NCBI GenBank assembly: GCA_002428045.1
Contig: DIZZ01000207.1
Span: 1 to 56,566 of the forward strand
Length of the DNA: 56,566 bases
Reading direction: 5' to 3'
Source of the DNA: Verrucomicrobia bacterium UBA6015
GTDB taxonomy: Bacteria > Verrucomicrobiota > Kiritimatiellia > UBA8416
A model generated the notes under the pieces. It was not told the origin of the DNA and searched no databases. It saw only the letters and a list, made by a program, of their open reading frames with translations. The position numbers and the translations under genes were made by a program. Below are positions 25,135 to 42,987 of the stretch, in pieces (position 1 is the first letter of the stretch; every line of letters begins with the position of its first letter).

Positions 25135-25656
25135 ATGAGACCGGAAAAAGAATCAATTGTAAGGGAGATCGCGGCAGCGGTCTCGGGGTCTGAGTATGTG
25201 CTGCTGTCGGATTTCAGCGGTATGAAGGTAAGCCATTTCACGGCGCTGCGCGGTAAGCTGGCGGAAGTGAAAGCAGAGCTGCTGGTCGTGAAGAATACGT
25301 ACCTTGGTGTGGTCTTGGGAGAAGAGCGTAAACAGAAGCTCAGCAAGGTCTTGACCGGGAAAACCGCGATGGTGACAGGCAAGGGCGATGTCACTGCTGT
25401 GGCCAAGGTGCTCTCGACCTTCGTCAAGGAAAACAAGTTGTTGGTATTGAAGGGTGGATGCCTCAACACCCAGATGCTGAGTGCAAGTGATATTGATGCG
25501 ATGGCGACCATGCCGTCGCGTGATGTGTTACTTGGTCAGTTGGTCGGTACGGTTCAGGCACCGATGACGCAATTGGTTGGCGTCATGAACGCAAAGGTGT
25601 CGAGCCTGTTGTATGTGTTAACAGCCATCGAAGAGAAGAAGAAAAACGCTGCGTAA
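25135..25656 (+). CDS. rplJ: 50S ribosomal protein L10
   Basis: Trimmed to MRPEKESIV. It is placed between rplA and rplL. Confidence 0.93.
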   Translation: MRPEKESIVREIAAAVSGSEYVLLSDFSGMKVSHFTALRGKLAEVKAELLVVKNTYLGVVLGEERKQKLSKVLTGKTAMVTGKGDVTAVAKVLSTFVKENKLLVLKGGCLNTQMLSASDIDAMATMPSRDVLLGQLVGTVQAPMTQLVGVMNAKVSSLLYVLTAIEEKKKNAA

Positions 25657-25684
25657 GGTTACGCGGATATAAAAGGAGAAGATC

Positions 25685-26083
25685 ATGTCAGATGAAGTCG
25701 TAGTTGAAGGCAAGATGGCGGAATTCATTAGTTGGATCGAGGGCATCAGCGTGCTGGAGCTTTCGAAGCTGGTCAAGGCACTCGAGCAGCGTTTGGGCGT
25801 GACGGCAGCGGCGCCGATGGCGATGATGGCGGCAGCAGGTCCGGCAGCACCGGCGGCTGAAGTCGAGGAGAAAACGGAGTTCGACGTCATCCTGAAGGAT
25901 TCCGGCGAAAAGAAGATTAACGTCATCAAGGAAATCCGTGCCATCACCGGTCTGGGATTGAAAGATTCCAAGGATATGGTTGAGGGTGCGCCGAAGACCG
26001 TTAAAGAGGGTGTGTCGAAGAAAGATGCTGAAGCCATGAAGGCTCAGCTCGAAGCTGCTGGCGCCGTTGTCGAGATCAAGTAA
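25685..26083 (+). CDS. rplL: 50S ribosomal protein L7/L12
   Basis: It has the Ala-rich hinge and the conserved C-terminal domain ([21 protein letters not shown]). Confidence 0.97.
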   Translation: MSDEVVVEGKMAEFISWIEGISVLELSKLVKALEQRLGVTAAAPMAMMAAAGPAAPAAEVEEKTEFDVILKDSGEKKINVIKEIRAITGLGLKDSKDMVEGAPKTVKEGVSKKDAEAMKAQLEAAGAVVEIK

Positions 26084-26150
26084 CGACGTGCAGCTTCATC
26101 ATCGGTTCCCCCCGCTTCGATAGACTTTGAATAAACAACGAGGTGCCTTT

Positions 26151-29100
26151 GTGGTTGATAGAACAAACTTTGGAAAACTGCGGGAAATAATTGATCCACC
26201 GAACCTGATCGAGGTGCAGACCCGGTCATATCGGGAGTTTCTGCAACGTGATGTTGCCGATGCGGATCGCAAAGCGCAGGGGCTGCAGGGTATATTCAAG
26301 GAAGTGTTTCCGATCGAGAGCTATGACGGTCGTTATGTGCTCGATTTTGTGAAGTACGAACTGTCGGAGCCGAAGCTGGATCCAGTGGAGTGCGTGTACG
26401 AGGGGCAGACGTATGCTGCCCCTCTACACGTCACTTTCCGTCTCAAGGACGGAGACTCGATGGTGGACGACGTGGTCTTCATGGGGGATATTCCCCTGAT
26501 GACCGAGACCGGGGCATTCGTGGTCAACGGCGCTGAGCGGGTGGTTGTCAGTCAGTTGCATCGTTCGCCAGGTATTTGTAGTGAGCGGTCGGTACATGCC
26601 AATGGGGCGATGCTCTACTCCATTCGGATTATCCCTGATCGCGGTTCCTGGATCGAGGTACAGTTCGATACCTCGGATCTGATCTGGATTTATATGGATC
26701 GTAAACGCCGTCGCCGCAAGTTTCTGGCGACCACGTTCCTGCGTGCGCTTGGGTATGGAACAGATGAGGAAATCCTCGGGCTTTATTACGATTTCACGGA
26801 TGTCAACCTGATTCATGTGACACCGGAAATGCTTTCCAATAAAGTATTTAAAGACGATATTATCGATTTGGATTCAAAGACGGTGCTGGCTCGCAAATAT
26901 GAGCCGTTGACCGATGCCGCGATCAAGCAGATACGGAACGCGGGCATCAATTCGGTTACCGTGGTGGATGTGTCCTGGGACGAGGGCTTGCTGCTGAAGA
27001 GCTTGAAGGCTGACCCTATGCACACGGCGGATGATGCCCTGAAGGATATTTATCATAAGCTGCGTCCCGGTGATCCGGCGACCCCATCCAATGCACGTCA
27101 GTTATTGCGGCGACTGTTCTTTGATCCGCGCCGTTATGACCTTGGCCGTGTTGGTCGCTACAAGATCAACCAGAAGCTGGGGCTTGAGGCCGAGATCGAC
27201 AATGACATGCGGGTTCTGGACGAGCGCGATGTGATCGAGGCTCTGCGGCATCTGATCAATGTGCGCCGTGGTTCCGAGAACGTCGATGACATTGATCATC
27301 TGGGGAGTCGGCGCGTCCGCACAGTGGGTGAACTCATGGAGAACCAGTGCCGTATGGGCCTGGCCCGTACCGAACGCTTGATCCGCGAACGGATGACGTT
27401 ATTTGATCCGACCACAGGAACGCTTGCGCCGCAGCGGCTGGTGAATTCCAAGTCGTTGTCGGCGGTTGTCCAGGACTTCTTCGGGCGCAGCCAGTTGAGC
27501 CAGTTCATGGATCAGACCAACCCGCTCTCTGAGTTGGCGCACAAGCGGCGCTTGAGTGCCTTGGGACCAGGCGGCCTGAGCCGTGAGCGTGCAGGCTTTG
27601 AAGTGCGCGACGTGCATAGCAGCCATTATGGACGCATCTGTCCGATCGAGACTCCGGAAGGTCCGAACATCGGTCTGATTTCCTCGCTGAGTATTTATGC
27701 CCGCGTCAATGATTTCGGGTTTATCGAGAGCCCGTACCGCAAGGTTGAGAACGGACGTGTGACCGACCATGTAGAGTTCCTCTCTGCCGATAAGGAAGAG
27801 CGGTATGTGATCGCTCAGGCCAATGCCCCGCTGGAAGCGGATGGCATGTTCAAGAATCCCCTCGTATCGGTTCGTCATCGGGGTGACTTCCTTGAGGTGC
27901 CAGGAACCGAGATCGACTACATGGACGTATCGCCCAAGCAGGTGATCAGTATTGCGGCAGGCCTCATCCCGTTCCTAGAACATGACGATGCCAACCGTGC
28001 CCTGATGGGCGCGAACATGATGCGCCAGGCCGTTCCGCTGCTTCGGGTGGAACGTCCGTATGTGGCCACCGGCTTGGAAGAGCGGGCGGCTCGTGATTCG
28101 CATGTGATGGTGCTCGCCGAGAAAGCTGGCACGATTGCCTATGTGTCCGCGACTCGGATTGTGGTCTCGGAAGATGGCAGTATGCCGACGAAGCGTACGC
28201 CAGCCTCGAGCTATCGTGAATACAAGCTTCAAAAGTTCCGTCGCTCGAACGCGGGGACCTGTATCAATCAAAAACCTCTGGTGCGGATCGGGCAACGTGT
28301 TGAAGCAGGGGAAACCTTGGCAGACGGTCCCGCCACGGACAAGGGCGAGCTGGCGCTAGGCAAGAACCTGCTGGTGGCGTTCATGCCGTGGTGCGGCTAT
28401 AACTTCGAGGATGCTATTCTGATCGGCGAGCGTCTGGTTCGCGAGGATACGTTCACATCGATCCAGATCCAGGAATTCGAGGTGGGTGCCCGCGACACAA
28501 AGCTTGGACCGGAGGAAATCACCCGCGATATTCCGAATGTAGGCGAGGAAGCCTTGCGTAACCTCGGTCCTGACGGGGTGATCCGTCCTGGCGCGGAAGT
28601 ACGGCCAGGAGATATCCTAGTCGGAAAGATTACGCCAAAGAGTGAGACGGAACTGGCTCCGGAAGAGCGTTTGTTGCGTGCCATCTTCGGTGAGAAGGCG
28701 GCTGAGGTCCGGGATACGTCGCTGACCGTTCCCAGCGGAACCTACGGTATCGTAATGGATGTCAAGGTCACTGCGCACAAGGAAAACAAGACGACCGATA
28801 GTTCGCCGACCGAACGGAAGCGGCAACGCAAGTCGATCGAGGATGAACACAAGGCCAAACGTGCCGAGTTGCAGGATGAATTGACCGAGCGGCTTAGCAA
28901 CGTGCTACTTGGCGAGAAGATTCCTCTGGATGTGATTGACCAGGAGGCTGGCGAAGTGGTGATCCCGGCGAATCGCAAGATCACCAAGACGCTGCTGCGC
29001 AAGCTGGCATCTGTCAGTGAGCACATCCAGATCGAGAGTAGTCCGATCCAGATCAAGATCGATGACATCATCAATGAGTACAAACCCAAGTTTGCCGAGC

Positions 29101-29912
29101 TGGACGAGGAAAGCCAGCATTCGCTGGAACGTCTGGAGAGTGGCGATGACCTGGATGCCGGGATCATCAAGCAGGTCAAGGTGTACATCGCGGCCAAGAA
29201 AAAACTATCCGTGGGTGACAAGCTGGCTGGTCGGCATGGTAACAAGGGTGTTGTGGCTCGCATTGTCCCCGATGCGGATATGCCGTTCTTGCCGGATGGA
29301 ACCCCGGTTGAAGTGGTGCTGAATCCGCTTGGCGTGCCTTCCCGCATGAACCTTGGACAGGTGTTCGAAACGCATCTGGGTGCGGCCTGTAAGCTGCTCG
29401 GCATGCATGCGGCAACACCGGTGTTTGACGGAATCAAGGAAAGTTCGATTGACGACCTTCTCGAGAAGTCAGGGCTCCCGCGTGACGGCAAGAGCGTGCT
29501 GTACGATGGTCGTACAGGGGAGCCGTTTGATCAGCGCGTGGTGGTCGGGCAGATTTATATCCTGAAACTGCATCACTTGGTGACCGACAAGATCCATGCC
29601 CGTGCCGTTGGACCTTACTCGCTGGTGACGCAGCAACCGCTCGGCGGCAAGGCGCAGTACGGTGGACAACGTCTCGGTGAAATGGAAGTGTGGGCGCTGG
29701 AGGCCTATGGTGTGGCCTATGCGCTGCAGGAACTGTTGACGGTCAAGAGTGACGATGTCAGCGGTCGTACGCGTATCTACGAGTCGATTGTCAAGGGAAC
29801 TAACACGCTGGATGCGGGGATGCCGGAATCCTTTAGTGTTCTGATTAACGAACTGCGTGGCCTTTGCCTGGATATTCAGGTTCAGGGCCAGAAACGCAAC
29901 CGTCTGTTATAA
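26151..29912 (+). CDS. rpoB: DNA-directed RNA polymerase subunit beta
   Basis: Conserved throughout. The GTG at 26151 has a GAGG SD 7 nt upstream, and the ORF track's TTG at 26127 is an in-frame alternative. Confidence 0.97.
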   Translation: MVDRTNFGKLREIIDPPNLIEVQTRSYREFLQRDVADADRKAQGLQGIFKEVFPIESYDGRYVLDFVKYELSEPKLDPVECVYEGQTYAAPLHVTFRLKDGDSMVDDVVFMGDIPLMTETGAFVVNGAERVVVSQLHRSPGICSERSVHANGAMLYSIRIIPDRGSWIEVQFDTSDLIWIYMDRKRRRRKFLATTFLRALGYGTDEEILGLYYDFTDVNLIHVTPEMLSNKVFKDDIIDLDSKTVLARKYEPLTDAAIKQIRNAGINSVTVVDVSWDEGLLLKSLKADPMHTADDALKDIYHKLRPGDPATPSNARQLLRRLFFDPRRYDLGRVGRYKINQKLGLEAEIDNDMRVLDERDVIEALRHLINVRRGSENVDDIDHLGSRRVRTVGELMENQCRMGLARTERLIRERMTLFDPTTGTLAPQRLVNSKSLSAVVQDFFGRSQLSQFMDQTNPLSELAHKRRLSALGPGGLSRERAGFEVRDVHSSHYGRICPIETPEGPNIGLISSLSIYARVNDFGFIESPYRKVENGRVTDHVEFLSADKEERYVIAQANAPLEADGMFKNPLVSVRHRGDFLEVPGTEIDYMDVSPKQVISIAAGLIPFLEHDDANRALMGANMMRQAVPLLRVERPYVATGLEERAARDSHVMVLAEKAGTIAYVSATRIVVSEDGSMPTKRTPASSYREYKLQKFRRSNAGTCINQKPLVRIGQRVEAGETLADGPATDKGELALGKNLLVAFMPWCGYNFEDAILIGERLVREDTFTSIQIQEFEVGARDTKLGPEEITRDIPNVGEEALRNLGPDGVIRPGAEVRPGDILVGKITPKSETELAPEERLLRAIFGEKAAEVRDTSLTVPSGTYGIVMDVKVTAHKENKTTDSSPTERKRQRKSIEDEHKAKRAELQDELTERLSNVLLGEKIPLDVIDQEAGEVVIPANRKITKTLLRKLASVSEHIQIESSPIQIKIDDIINEYKPKFAELDEESQHSLERLESGDDLDAGIIKQVKVYIAAKKKLSVGDKLAGRHGNKGVVARIVPDADMPFLPDGTPVEVVLNPLGVPSRMNLGQVFETHLGAACKLLGMHAATPVFDGIKESSIDDLLEKSGLPRDGKSVLYDGRTGEPFDQRVVVGQIYILKLHHLVTDKIHARAVGPYSLVTQQPLGGKAQYGGQRLGEMEVWALEAYGVAYALQELLTVKSDDVSGRTRIYESIVKGTNTLDAGMPESFSVLINELRGLCLDIQVQGQKRNRLL

Positions 29913-29941
29913 ATTCGAGCTTAAGCCGGGAGGCACATACA

Positions 29942-34126
<4,185 letters not shown>

Positions 34127-34192
34127 CTTGTAATTGTCCTAAAGGTTCTGGTAATGTGTGCGCTCGTTTGCGAATAGTAGAGGAAACAAAGT

Positions 34193-34570
34193 ATGCCGAC
34201 GATTAATCAGTTAGTACGTAAGGGGCGGCAGCAGCCCAAAACAAAGAGCAAGTCACGTGCGTTGTCGGCTTGTCCGCAACGGCGTGGGGTGTGTCTTCAG
34301 GTCAAGACGATGACACCGAAGAAGCCGAACTCCGCGTTGCGAAAAGTGGCACGTGTGCGGTTGACGACAGGGTTTGAGGTCAGTGCCTACATCGGTGGTG
34401 AAGGGCACAATCTTCAGGAGCACAGTGTGGTGCTGGTTCGGGGCGGTCGTGTGAAGGACTTGCCGGGTGTTCGTTACCATGTGGTTCGCGGAACGTTGGA
34501 CAGCCTGGGTGTTGCCAAGCGCAACCGGGGTCGTTCGAAGTATGGTGTAAAGCGTAAGAAGGCGAGCTGA
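34193..34570 (+). CDS. rpsL: 30S ribosomal protein S12
   Basis: The N-terminus is [12 protein letters not shown]...[10 protein letters not shown]. Confidence 0.98.
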   Translation: MPTINQLVRKGRQQPKTKSKSRALSACPQRRGVCLQVKTMTPKKPNSALRKVARVRLTTGFEVSAYIGGEGHNLQEHSVVLVRGGRVKDLPGVRYHVVRGTLDSLGVAKRNRGRSKYGVKRKKAS

Positions 34571-34590
34571 CGCTCGCGGGTGAGGTTCGT

Positions 34591-35061
34591 ATGGCACGGA
34601 GAAGAAGAGCTGAACGGCGTGTGGTGCTTCCAGACCCAAAGTATAATAGCGAGCTTGTGGCTCGGGTTATCAACTATGTTATGCTGGCGGGCAAGAAGTC
34701 GACGGCCGAGAAGATTATTTACGGAGCAATGGGGCGGATCGAAGAGAAAGCCGCGCAGGATCCTCTTGGGGTTCTGATCAAGGCGATCGACAACATCAAG
34801 CCGCGAGTTGAAGTCAAGTCTCGCCGCGTCGGTGGTGCGACGTATCAGGTCCCGGTGGAAATCAGCCCGCGTCGGCAGTTGGCCTTGGCGTTGCGCTGGT
34901 TGGTACAGTATTCGTCGGCTCGGCGAGGTATGCCGATGGAGCAGGCGATCGCGCTTGAGTTGCAGGATGCCTTCAATAATCAAGGTGTTTGCATCAAGAA
35001 GCGTGAAGATACGCATAAGATGGCGCAGGCGAATAAAGCCTTTGCGCATTATGCGTGGTAA
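34591..35061 (+). CDS. rpsG: 30S ribosomal protein S7
   Basis: It has MARRRRAERR...VEVKSRRVGGATYQVP. Confidence 0.98.
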   Translation: MARRRRAERRVVLPDPKYNSELVARVINYVMLAGKKSTAEKIIYGAMGRIEEKAAQDPLGVLIKAIDNIKPRVEVKSRRVGGATYQVPVEISPRRQLALALRWLVQYSSARRGMPMEQAIALELQDAFNNQGVCIKKREDTHKMAQANKAFAHYAW

Positions 35062-35107
35062 TTGATTTTTTGTTCTTTGACATCGAGAAACAAGTACAGG
35101 TGCCGTC

Positions 35108-37228
35108 TTGGACAGTAAGCAGAAATCCAAGGGTTCCGGAGAAAACCGCGTTGAGGCGGTTGGCCGGGATCGACTGCTGTCCAATGTACGGAATATCGGT
35201 ATTATCGCGCATATTGACGCAGGCAAGACGACAACCAGTGAGCGTATCCTGTTTTATGCCGGTCGTGTACATAAGCTTGGCGAAGTGCATGACGGCAATA
35301 CAGTGATGGATTGGATGATCCAGGAGAAGGAACGAGGGATCACAATCACCAGCGCAGCGACAACATGTTATTGGAAGGAACATCAGATCAATCTGATTGA
35401 CACCCCTGGACATGTTGACTTCACTGCGGAAGTGGAACGGTCGCTACGCGTACTGGATGGAGCGGTGGGCGTGTTTTGCGGGGTTGGTGGTGTCCAACCC
35501 CAGTCCGAAACCGTCTGGCGCCAAGCGTCGCGTTACCGCGTTCCCCGAATTGCGTTCATCAATAAGATGGATCGTATGGGTGCGGATTTCTGGCGGGTAA
35601 TTACCGAGATGAGGGAAAGGCTAGGTGCTAATGCCGTTCCCCTTCAGATACCTTGGGGCGCTGAAGAGGCGTTGCAAGGTGTCATTGATCTGGTCAACAT
35701 GGAGGCTGTCACGTTTGATGAGCAAACGCAAGGCACGGAAATGAACCGGGTTGCTATACCTGATGAAATGCGAGCAGCCGCTGAGGCAGCTCGTGCTGAA
35801 CTTGTTGAAAAGGTTGCTGAAAAAGACGAAACGGTCTTGGAAACCTATCTCGAGCAGGGCGACTTGTCTGCAGACGTCCTTAAAGCAGGCATCAGACGAG
35901 TTGTCATTGCGAATGAGATAACTCCCGTACTTTGCGGGTCCTCCTTGAAAAACAAAGGGGTACAACCGCTACTGGATGCAATCGCCGACTTTCTTCCGTC
36001 ACCGCTGGATGTACCTCCAACTGAGGGGCATCATCCAAAGACAGGCGCTGTAGTCAACCGTAAAGCTGATGACGCGGCACCGCTTAGTGCGCTGGTCTTC
36101 AAGTTAATGACGGACCCGTATGTAGGGCGAATCGCCTATTTACGGATCTATAGTGGGGTGCTGAAGAAAGGCCACAATGTATTCAATCCTCGATCACGTC
36201 AGCGTGATCGCATCATGGGGTTGATGCGGGTGCATGCCGATTCGCGCGAAGACATCGAATGCCTCTATTCAGGCGAGATTGGAGCCATTAGCGGAATCAA
36301 GGGAGTGACCACAGGTGATACGTTATGTGCAGAGAATGATCCAGTGGAGCTGATGCGCATCCGTTTCCCAGAGCCGGTCATGTTCATGGCTGTTGAGCCG
36401 AAGACGCGGGCAGACAAGGAAAAGCTGACCACAGCCTTACAGTCCATGGCGGATGAGGATCCGACCTGTATTGTCAAGCTGGATTCCGAAACCGGACAGA
36501 CGGTTATCAGCGGGATGGGTGAGTTGCATCTGGAGATTCTGAAAGACCGGATGTTCCGAGAATTCAAGGTAGCCGCCAATACGGGACGTCCAATGGTCGC
36601 CTATCAGGAATCTGTAACCGAAATGGGCAAGGGGACGCATTTGTTTGACAGGGATCTTGGCGGACAGCGACATGTGGCTGGAATCACGGTGACGGTTTCT
36701 CCGTTAAAGCGGGGTACAGGGAATGAGATCAAGCTTGATGTTACGACCAGGGGGCTTCCTGAACCCTACCGGGCCAGTGTGGAAAGTGGTCTGCGAGATG
36801 GCTTGATGACGGGAGTTCTCTCACCGTATGCGGTGACAGATACGCTGATCCGTGTGACGGACGTGGTTTTGGATGAAGAGTTTTCTACAGAGGTAGCGTT
36901 TCGTACAGCGGCGACGATGGCATTGCGGGAGGCTGTTATGGCAGCTAAACCAGTGATGCTCGAGCCGATAATGGCCTTGGAGATCGTCACTCCAGCCGAG
37001 TATATGGGGGAAGTTTTAGGGGATGTGAGCAGCCGACGCGGAAAGGTCAATGACATGACCGCGAAGGGAGACTTACAAGCGGTACACGCAACCGTACCGC
37101 TGGCGGCGTTGTTCGGGTACTCGACTGCGATACGGTCACTGACTCGCGGGCGGGCAAGTTACACAATGGAGCCGGTGCAATTTGATATTGTGCCGGAGAC
37201 ATTGCAAAAAGAGTTATTGAACAGGTGA
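35108..37228 (+). CDS. fusA: Elongation factor G
   Basis: It has the AHIDAGKTT and DTPGHVDF motifs. The TTG start has an AGGTG SD, and the N-terminus is about 20 aa longer than in E. coli. Confidence 0.95.
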   Translation: MDSKQKSKGSGENRVEAVGRDRLLSNVRNIGIIAHIDAGKTTTSERILFYAGRVHKLGEVHDGNTVMDWMIQEKERGITITSAATTCYWKEHQINLIDTPGHVDFTAEVERSLRVLDGAVGVFCGVGGVQPQSETVWRQASRYRVPRIAFINKMDRMGADFWRVITEMRERLGANAVPLQIPWGAEEALQGVIDLVNMEAVTFDEQTQGTEMNRVAIPDEMRAAAEAARAELVEKVAEKDETVLETYLEQGDLSADVLKAGIRRVVIANEITPVLCGSSLKNKGVQPLLDAIADFLPSPLDVPPTEGHHPKTGAVVNRKADDAAPLSALVFKLMTDPYVGRIAYLRIYSGVLKKGHNVFNPRSRQRDRIMGLMRVHADSREDIECLYSGEIGAISGIKGVTTGDTLCAENDPVELMRIRFPEPVMFMAVEPKTRADKEKLTTALQSMADEDPTCIVKLDSETGQTVISGMGELHLEILKDRMFREFKVAANTGRPMVAYQESVTEMGKGTHLFDRDLGGQRHVAGITVTVSPLKRGTGNEIKLDVTTRGLPEPYRASVESGLRDGLMTGVLSPYAVTDTLIRVTDVVLDEEFSTEVAFRTAATMALREAVMAAKPVMLEPIMALEIVTPAEYMGEVLGDVSSRRGKVNDMTAKGDLQAVHATVPLAALFGYSTAIRSLTRGRASYTMEPVQFDIVPETLQKELLNR

Positions 37229-37235
37229 GATTGGC

Positions 37236-37544
37236 ATGGATGGTCAACGCATAAGAATTCGTTTACAGGCTTATGATCACAGTGTACTGGATCAGGCGGT
37301 CACAGATATTATTGACACGGCAAGGGGTACCGGCGCGCAAGTGGCGGGGCCGACTCCGTTACCGACGCGGATTGAACGGTTCACGGTGAACCGCAGCCCG
37401 CATGTGAATAAGAAATCGATGGAGCAGTTCGAGATGCGTACGCATAAACGGCTGCTGGACATCATAGAGCCGACGGCAAAGACGGTTGACGAGCTCAAGA
37501 AGCTCAATTTGCCGGCGGGGGTGGATATAACGATTAAGCTTTGA
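37236..37544 (+). CDS. rpsJ: 30S ribosomal protein S10
   Basis: Conserved sequence, and the first gene of the S10 block. Confidence 0.97.
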   Translation: MDGQRIRIRLQAYDHSVLDQAVTDIIDTARGTGAQVAGPTPLPTRIERFTVNRSPHVNKKSMEQFEMRTHKRLLDIIEPTAKTVDELKKLNLPAGVDITIKL

Positions 37545-37555
37545 GTGAAGGTATC

Positions 37556-38194
37556 ATGAACGGACTGATTGGAAAAAAGCTGGGGATGACGCAGATATTC
37601 GATGCGGAGGGCCGTCGCGTGGCGGTGACCGTCATCGCTGCGGGTCCGTGTGTCGTTGTGCAGCGTAAGACACAGGCGAGTGACGGCTATGACGCCGTGC
37701 AGCTTGGCTATGGGACGCAGAAGGCGTCTCGGATGACCAAGGCTGAGATCGGCGTGTGCACCAAGGCCGGTGTTGAGCCGCAGCGCGTGCTTCGTGAATT
37801 TTCATGCAGCAGCACGGATGAGGTTGCGGTGGGGGCGCTGGTAACGGCATCCGTGTTCGACGGCGTGAAGTATGTGGATGTGATCGGCACCACTAAGGGA
37901 CGCGGTTTCGCGGGGGTGATGAAGAAGCACGATATGGGCGGCGGGCGCATGACGCACGGTGGTCATTCGAAGCGTCGCGTCGGTTCCATCGGACAATGTT
38001 CCTATCCCGCTCGTGTCGCCAAGGGACAGCGCATGCCAGGGCACATGGGTAATGTGCGGGTGACACAGCAGAGCTTGAAGCTGCTGGATGTGCGTGGCGC
38101 GGAGAACCTGCTGTTGGTGCAGGGGGCTGTGCCGGGTGCCAACGGCGGTCTGGTGATCGTTAAAAAGGCGTTGAAGAAGGCAGGGGCGGCATGA
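37556..38194 (+). CDS. rplC: 50S ribosomal protein L3
   Basis: Trimmed to [15 protein letters not shown]. Confidence 0.95.
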   Translation: MNGLIGKKLGMTQIFDAEGRRVAVTVIAAGPCVVVQRKTQASDGYDAVQLGYGTQKASRMTKAEIGVCTKAGVEPQRVLREFSCSSTDEVAVGALVTASVFDGVKYVDVIGTTKGRGFAGVMKKHDMGGGRMTHGGHSKRRVGSIGQCSYPARVAKGQRMPGHMGNVRVTQQSLKLLDVRGAENLLLVQGAVPGANGGLVIVKKALKKAGAA

Positions 38195-38817
38195 GTATGG
38201 TGAAGAAATATAATGCGGCTGGTGCGGCGACGGGGGAAGTCGAGATTCCCGCAGGGCTGCTGGAAATGGAAAAAGGCTCACAAGCAGTGCATGATGTCGT
38301 TGTCGCGCTGACGAATGCTCGTCGCGCCGGGACGGCTTGTACGCTGACGAAGGGTGAGGTCAATGGTACCGGTGCCAAGCCGTGGAAGCAAAAAGGAACG
38401 GGCCGTGCTCGGGCGGGCTACAGGCAGTCGACGATCTGGCGTGGTGGGGCGACGACGTTCGGTCCACGCCCTCGCGATTACAGTGTCAAAGTCAACCGAA
38501 AAGTCATGAAACTGGCCTTCCGACGGGCACTCAGCGAAAAGCTGGAATCGGGTGCCGTGCGGGTGGTTGAACCGTTGATGGTGGATATTCCGAAGACCAA
38601 GGCGTTCGCGGCACTGCTCAAGGCGCAGCAGATCACTGGGGCGGCGCTGGTGATTGTCGACACGGTAGGGATGGCGCTGGCGATGGCTGTGCGCAACCTG
38701 CCCAAGGTAGAGTTGGTCAAGGCGGCCGATGTCAATGTTTATCAATTGCTGCGGTATCCGGTCGTGCTGGTCAACGGCGCTGGTCTGGAACAGCTCATGG
38801 CGCGTTTAGCGAAGTAA
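38191..38817 (+). CDS. rplD: 50S ribosomal protein L4
   Basis: It has an ATGA overlap with rplC and the KPWKQKGTGRAR motif. Confidence 0.95.
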   Translation: MSMVKKYNAAGAATGEVEIPAGLLEMEKGSQAVHDVVVALTNARRAGTACTLTKGEVNGTGAKPWKQKGTGRARAGYRQSTIWRGGATTFGPRPRDYSVKVNRKVMKLAFRRALSEKLESGAVRVVEPLMVDIPKTKAFAALLKAQQITGAALVIVDTVGMALAMAVRNLPKVELVKAADVNVYQLLRYPVVLVNGAGLEQLMARLAK

Positions 38818-38823
38818 GGCGGG

Positions 38824-39108
38824 GTGATGAAGGATTCACGTTCGATCATCAAGAAGATGCAGGTGACGGAAAAGGGCGCGCTTCTGGGCGAAGCGAATAA
38901 GTACCTTTTCGAGGTGGCTTCGGATTCTAATAAAGTGGAGATCAAGCGGGCGGTAGAGTCGTTGTTCGACGTTACCGTGACCAAGGTCAACACGATGAAT
39001 TACGAAGGTAAAAAGAAACGGCAGCGGACGGCGAAATTCGGAAAACGGCCGGACTGGAAACGGGCGGTTGTGACGCTGGCGGCTGATAATAAAATTGATT
39101 TGGCCTAG
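38824..39108 (+). CDS. rplW: 50S ribosomal protein L23
   Basis: Assigned from conserved order and sequence. Confidence 0.93.
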   Translation: MMKDSRSIIKKMQVTEKGALLGEANKYLFEVASDSNKVEIKRAVESLFDVTVTKVNTMNYEGKKKRQRTAKFGKRPDWKRAVVTLAADNKIDLA

Positions 39109-39140
39109 TGCGATAAGACGTGTGACGGGGAAGAGGAACC

Positions 39141-39965
<825 letters not shown>

Positions 39966-39968
39966 ACT

Positions 39969-40253
39969 ATGGCACGCTCCATTAAAAAGGGTCCTTATGT
40001 GGATCCGAAACTGATGCGTAAGATAGAACGGATGAACCGCGCAGGGGATCGCCGTCCGATGAAGACGTGGTCGCGGCGCTCAATGATCATGCCTGAGTTT
40101 GTAGGGCATACAATGGGCATCCATAATGGTAAACAACATATTTCGGTGTTTATAACCGAGAACATGGTGGGACATCGTCTGGGCGAGTTTTCGCCGACAC
40201 GGACGTTCCGCCGTCATGGCTCGCACACTGATAAGACGGTCAGCCTGAAGTAG
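39969..40253 (+). CDS. rpsS: 30S ribosomal protein S19
   Basis: It has [12 protein letters not shown]...[10 protein letters not shown]. Confidence 0.98.
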   Translation: MARSIKKGPYVDPKLMRKIERMNRAGDRRPMKTWSRRSMIMPEFVGHTMGIHNGKQHISVFITENMVGHRLGEFSPTRTFRRHGSHTDKTVSLK

Positions 40254-40273
40254 GGGCGGAGAGGCGAAATAGC

Positions 40274-40609
40274 ATGGAAGTACAAGCAATCAGTAAGTTT
40301 GTAAGGATGTCGCCGTCAAAGGCGCGTGATCTGGCTCGCCGCCTGACGGGGATGCGTGTGGCGGAGGCGCTGCGTGTGACCACGGTAGGCGAGCGCAAGG
40401 CGGCGTGCAAGATTGGTAAGACGCTGAAGTCTGCGATTGCCAATGCGGAGAACAATGCGGATCTTTCAGCGGATACGCTTCGCGTCAAGCAGGCTGTTAT
40501 TGACGAGGGGCCGCGGATGAAGCGCTTCTGGCCGCGGGCGCGCGGGATGGTCAGCCACATCGAGAAAAAGATGTGTCATGTGAAGATTGTTTTGACGGAT
40601 GGTAAATAA
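40274..40609 (+). CDS. rplV: 50S ribosomal protein L22
   Basis: Assigned from conserved order and sequence. Confidence 0.95.
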   Translation: MEVQAISKFVRMSPSKARDLARRLTGMRVAEALRVTTVGERKAACKIGKTLKSAIANAENNADLSADTLRVKQAVIDEGPRMKRFWPRARGMVSHIEKKMCHVKIVLTDGK

Positions 40610-40659
40610 TTCAGTACAAATGCGGGCTTTTGGCGCTGCGGCTTAAGGAGGATGGCGTT

Positions 40660-41331
40660 TTGGGACAAAAAATTAATCCAATCGGGCTCAGGGTGACCGT
40701 CGATAAAGACTGGCGGTCGCGTTGGTTCTCGGGTAAGAAGGGGTTCGGCGATATGCTGAACGAGGATCTCAAGATCCGCGATATCGTCAAGGACCGTCTG
40801 GAGAGTGCGTCGGTGGCGCGTGTCGACATTGAGCGGTATGCGAATCGTGTACGAATCAGTATCCACACGGCGCGTCCGGGCATCGTCGTCGGTCGCAAAG
40901 GGCAGGAGCTTGAGAAAGTCCGCATGCAGATTGCCAAGATGTCCGGCAAGGAGATTTACATTGAGATCCAAGAGATACGTGATCCGGATTGCAATGCACA
41001 GTTGATTTCCGAGAACATCGCCATGCAGATGGAGCGCCGGGTCTCGTTCCGCAGGGCGATGAAACGGGCGATGAAACTGGCCATGGACCTCGGGGCGGAG
41101 GGGATCAAGATCCGCGCTGCCGGTCGGCTTGGTGGTAGTGAACTCGCAAGGATTGAATGGTATAAAGAGGGGCGCATCCCGCTGCATACATTGCGGGCCA
41201 ACATTGAGTACGGATTCGCCGAGGCGGCTACGACGGCGGGGCGTATCGGAGTCAAGGTCTGGGTATGCAAGAAACGCGAGGAAGCGCTGAAGGGTAAGAG
41301 AGGAGCTGTACGCAATGCCACTTATGCCTAA
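40660..41331 (+). CDS. rpsC: 30S ribosomal protein S3
   Basis: The TTG at 40660 gives (M)[11 protein letters not shown] and lies 8 nt after an AAGGAGG SD. The ORF-track start at 40630 is upstream of the SD. Confidence 0.93.
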   Translation: MGQKINPIGLRVTVDKDWRSRWFSGKKGFGDMLNEDLKIRDIVKDRLESASVARVDIERYANRVRISIHTARPGIVVGRKGQELEKVRMQIAKMSGKEIYIEIQEIRDPDCNAQLISENIAMQMERRVSFRRAMKRAMKLAMDLGAEGIKIRAAGRLGGSELARIEWYKEGRIPLHTLRANIEYGFAEAATTAGRIGVKVWVCKKREEALKGKRGAVRNATYA

Positions 41332-41731
41332 ACGGACGAAGCACCGCAAGGTGCAGAAGGGTAATCGCGGCGGGTTTTCAAAGGCAGGAAACACAGTTGC
41401 CTTTGGCGATTACGGATTGAAGTGCATGAGCCGCGGCTGGCTCAAGGCGACGCAGATCGAGGCGTGTCGCGTGGCGATCAATCGCCACATGAAGCGCAAG
41501 GGTAAATTGTGGATTCGCGTGTTCCCGGATAAGCCGGTAACCCAGAAGCCGATCGAGGTTCGCATGGGTAAGGGCAAGGGTAATCCCGAGTTCTGGGTGG
41601 CGGTGGTTCGGCCCGGTCGTGTATTGTTTGAAATCGGCGGGGTGACCGAGGAGATTGCCGTGTCGGCACTACGGCTGGCGGACGCAAAACTGGGTTTGCG
41701 TACACGGCTGGTTCGCCGTGGCGAGAGTTGA
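41315..41731 (+). CDS. rplP: 50S ribosomal protein L16
   Basis: The N-terminus is [12 protein letters not shown]. Confidence 0.96.
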   Translation: MPLMPKRTKHRKVQKGNRGGFSKAGNTVAFGDYGLKCMSRGWLKATQIEACRVAINRHMKRKGKLWIRVFPDKPVTQKPIEVRMGKGKGNPEFWVAVVRPGRVLFEIGGVTEEIAVSALRLADAKLGLRTRLVRRGES

Positions 41732-41759
41732 TTAACGGATGTCAAGGATAGAGTAAGCG

Positions 41760-41975
41760 ATGATGAAAGCAGCCGAACTTAGGGATCGCAGTGCGGAAGA
41801 ACTGCGTGGAATGTATGAGGAGACACGGCAGGAGCTGTTCATGCTGAATGTCCGCAAGGATGTGGCAGATGCGGCGGCCAACCCGCTCAAGGTCAGAGCG
41901 CTGCGCCGTACGATTGCGCGGATTAAAACATTGATGCGAGAGCAGGAACTGGAAGGTGTAAAGCGCCATGGATGA
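41760..41975 (+). CDS. rpmC: 50S ribosomal protein L29
   Basis: Assigned from conserved order and sequence. Confidence 0.93.
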   Translation: MMKAAELRDRSAEELRGMYEETRQELFMLNVRKDVADAAANPLKVRALRRTIARIKTLMREQELEGVKRHG

Positions 41976-42240
41976 ACAGAAGAGCAACGAGCGCGGCGTA
42001 CGCAAGACCATGAACGGTGTGGTTGTAAGTCGTAGTGGGGATAAGACCGTGGTTGTCCAGACGGAGACGCGCATAGCGCATTCGGTGTACGGCAAGATTG
42101 TGCGCCGCAAGAGTAAGTTTCATGCGCATGACGAGAAAAATGAGGCGGCGGTTGGGGATCAGGTAGTTATTGCCGAAGCCCGTCCGATGAGTCGCATGAA
42201 GCGCTGGCGCCTGATCGAGGTAACAGTTAAAAACGCCTAA
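41968..42240 (+). CDS. rpsQ: 30S ribosomal protein S17
   Basis: Assigned from conserved order and sequence. It overlaps the end of rpmC. Confidence 0.93.
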   Translation: MDEQKSNERGVRKTMNGVVVSRSGDKTVVVQTETRIAHSVYGKIVRRKSKFHAHDEKNEAAVGDQVVIAEARPMSRMKRWRLIEVTVKNA

Positions 42241-42264
42241 CGACGATGGCGGGGGATGGGTTAT

Positions 42265-42630
42265 ATGATACAGGAAGAAACAATGCTAGTGGTTGCGGAT
42301 AACTCCGGTGCGCGCAGTGCACGTTGTTTCCGAGTCCTCGGGCAGCGCAAGCGCTATGCCTATGTAGGCGATATCATCAAGGTGGCCGTGCAGGAAGTGA
42401 CCCCCAACGGGGCGATCAAGAAGGGGCAGGTTTGCACTGCGTTGGTTGTTCGTACGAAACACCCGGTCAAGCGTGTCGACGGTAGCGAGCTGCGGTTTGA
42501 TAACAATGCCGTGGTCTTAATCGACGGCAACAAGAACCCGATCGGTTCGCGGATTTTCGGGCCGGTGGCTCGTGAGTTACGCGAGAAGAATTACATGAAG
42601 GTGGTATCGCTGGCACCAGAGGTGCTGTAG
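42265..42630 (+). CDS. rplN: 50S ribosomal protein L14
   Basis: Trimmed to [17 protein letters not shown]. Confidence 0.97.
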   Translation: MIQEETMLVVADNSGARSARCFRVLGQRKRYAYVGDIIKVAVQEVTPNGAIKKGQVCTALVVRTKHPVKRVDGSELRFDNNAVVLIDGNKNPIGSRIFGPVARELREKNYMKVVSLAPEVL

Positions 42631-42655
42631 GCGCAAACGCGGATGAGGGGGCCAC

Positions 42656-42973
42656 GTGAGTATCAGTAGAATAAAAAAAGGTGATGAGGTCGTTGCCATC
42701 GCGGGTGTGGCTGCAGGGAAGACCGGCAAGGTAATCCGGGTCGACTTGGATAAGCATCGTGCATACGTAGAGGGGTTGAATGTCCGTCGCGGCACGATCA
42801 AGCGGTCGGAAAAGAATCCGCGTGGCGGTCTGGTGGATCGTGAGGCGGGAATCGCGTTGTCGAACCTGATGCCGTTTGACCCGGTGGCCAAGAAGGGTGT
42901 GCGGGTCAGCATGGTGATGGATGGCGATAAGCGTGTTCGTAAAAGCAAGGCTTCAAGCCACATATTTGACTGA
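42656..42973 (+). CDS. rplX: 50S ribosomal protein L24
   Basis: It has a GTG start and the KOW motif ([12 protein letters not shown]). Confidence 0.93.
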   Translation: MSISRIKKGDEVVAIAGVAAGKTGKVIRVDLDKHRAYVEGLNVRRGTIKRSEKNPRGGLVDREAGIALSNLMPFDPVAKKGVRVSMVMDGDKRVRKSKASSHIFD

Positions 42974-42987
42974 AGAGTAAGGGCGTT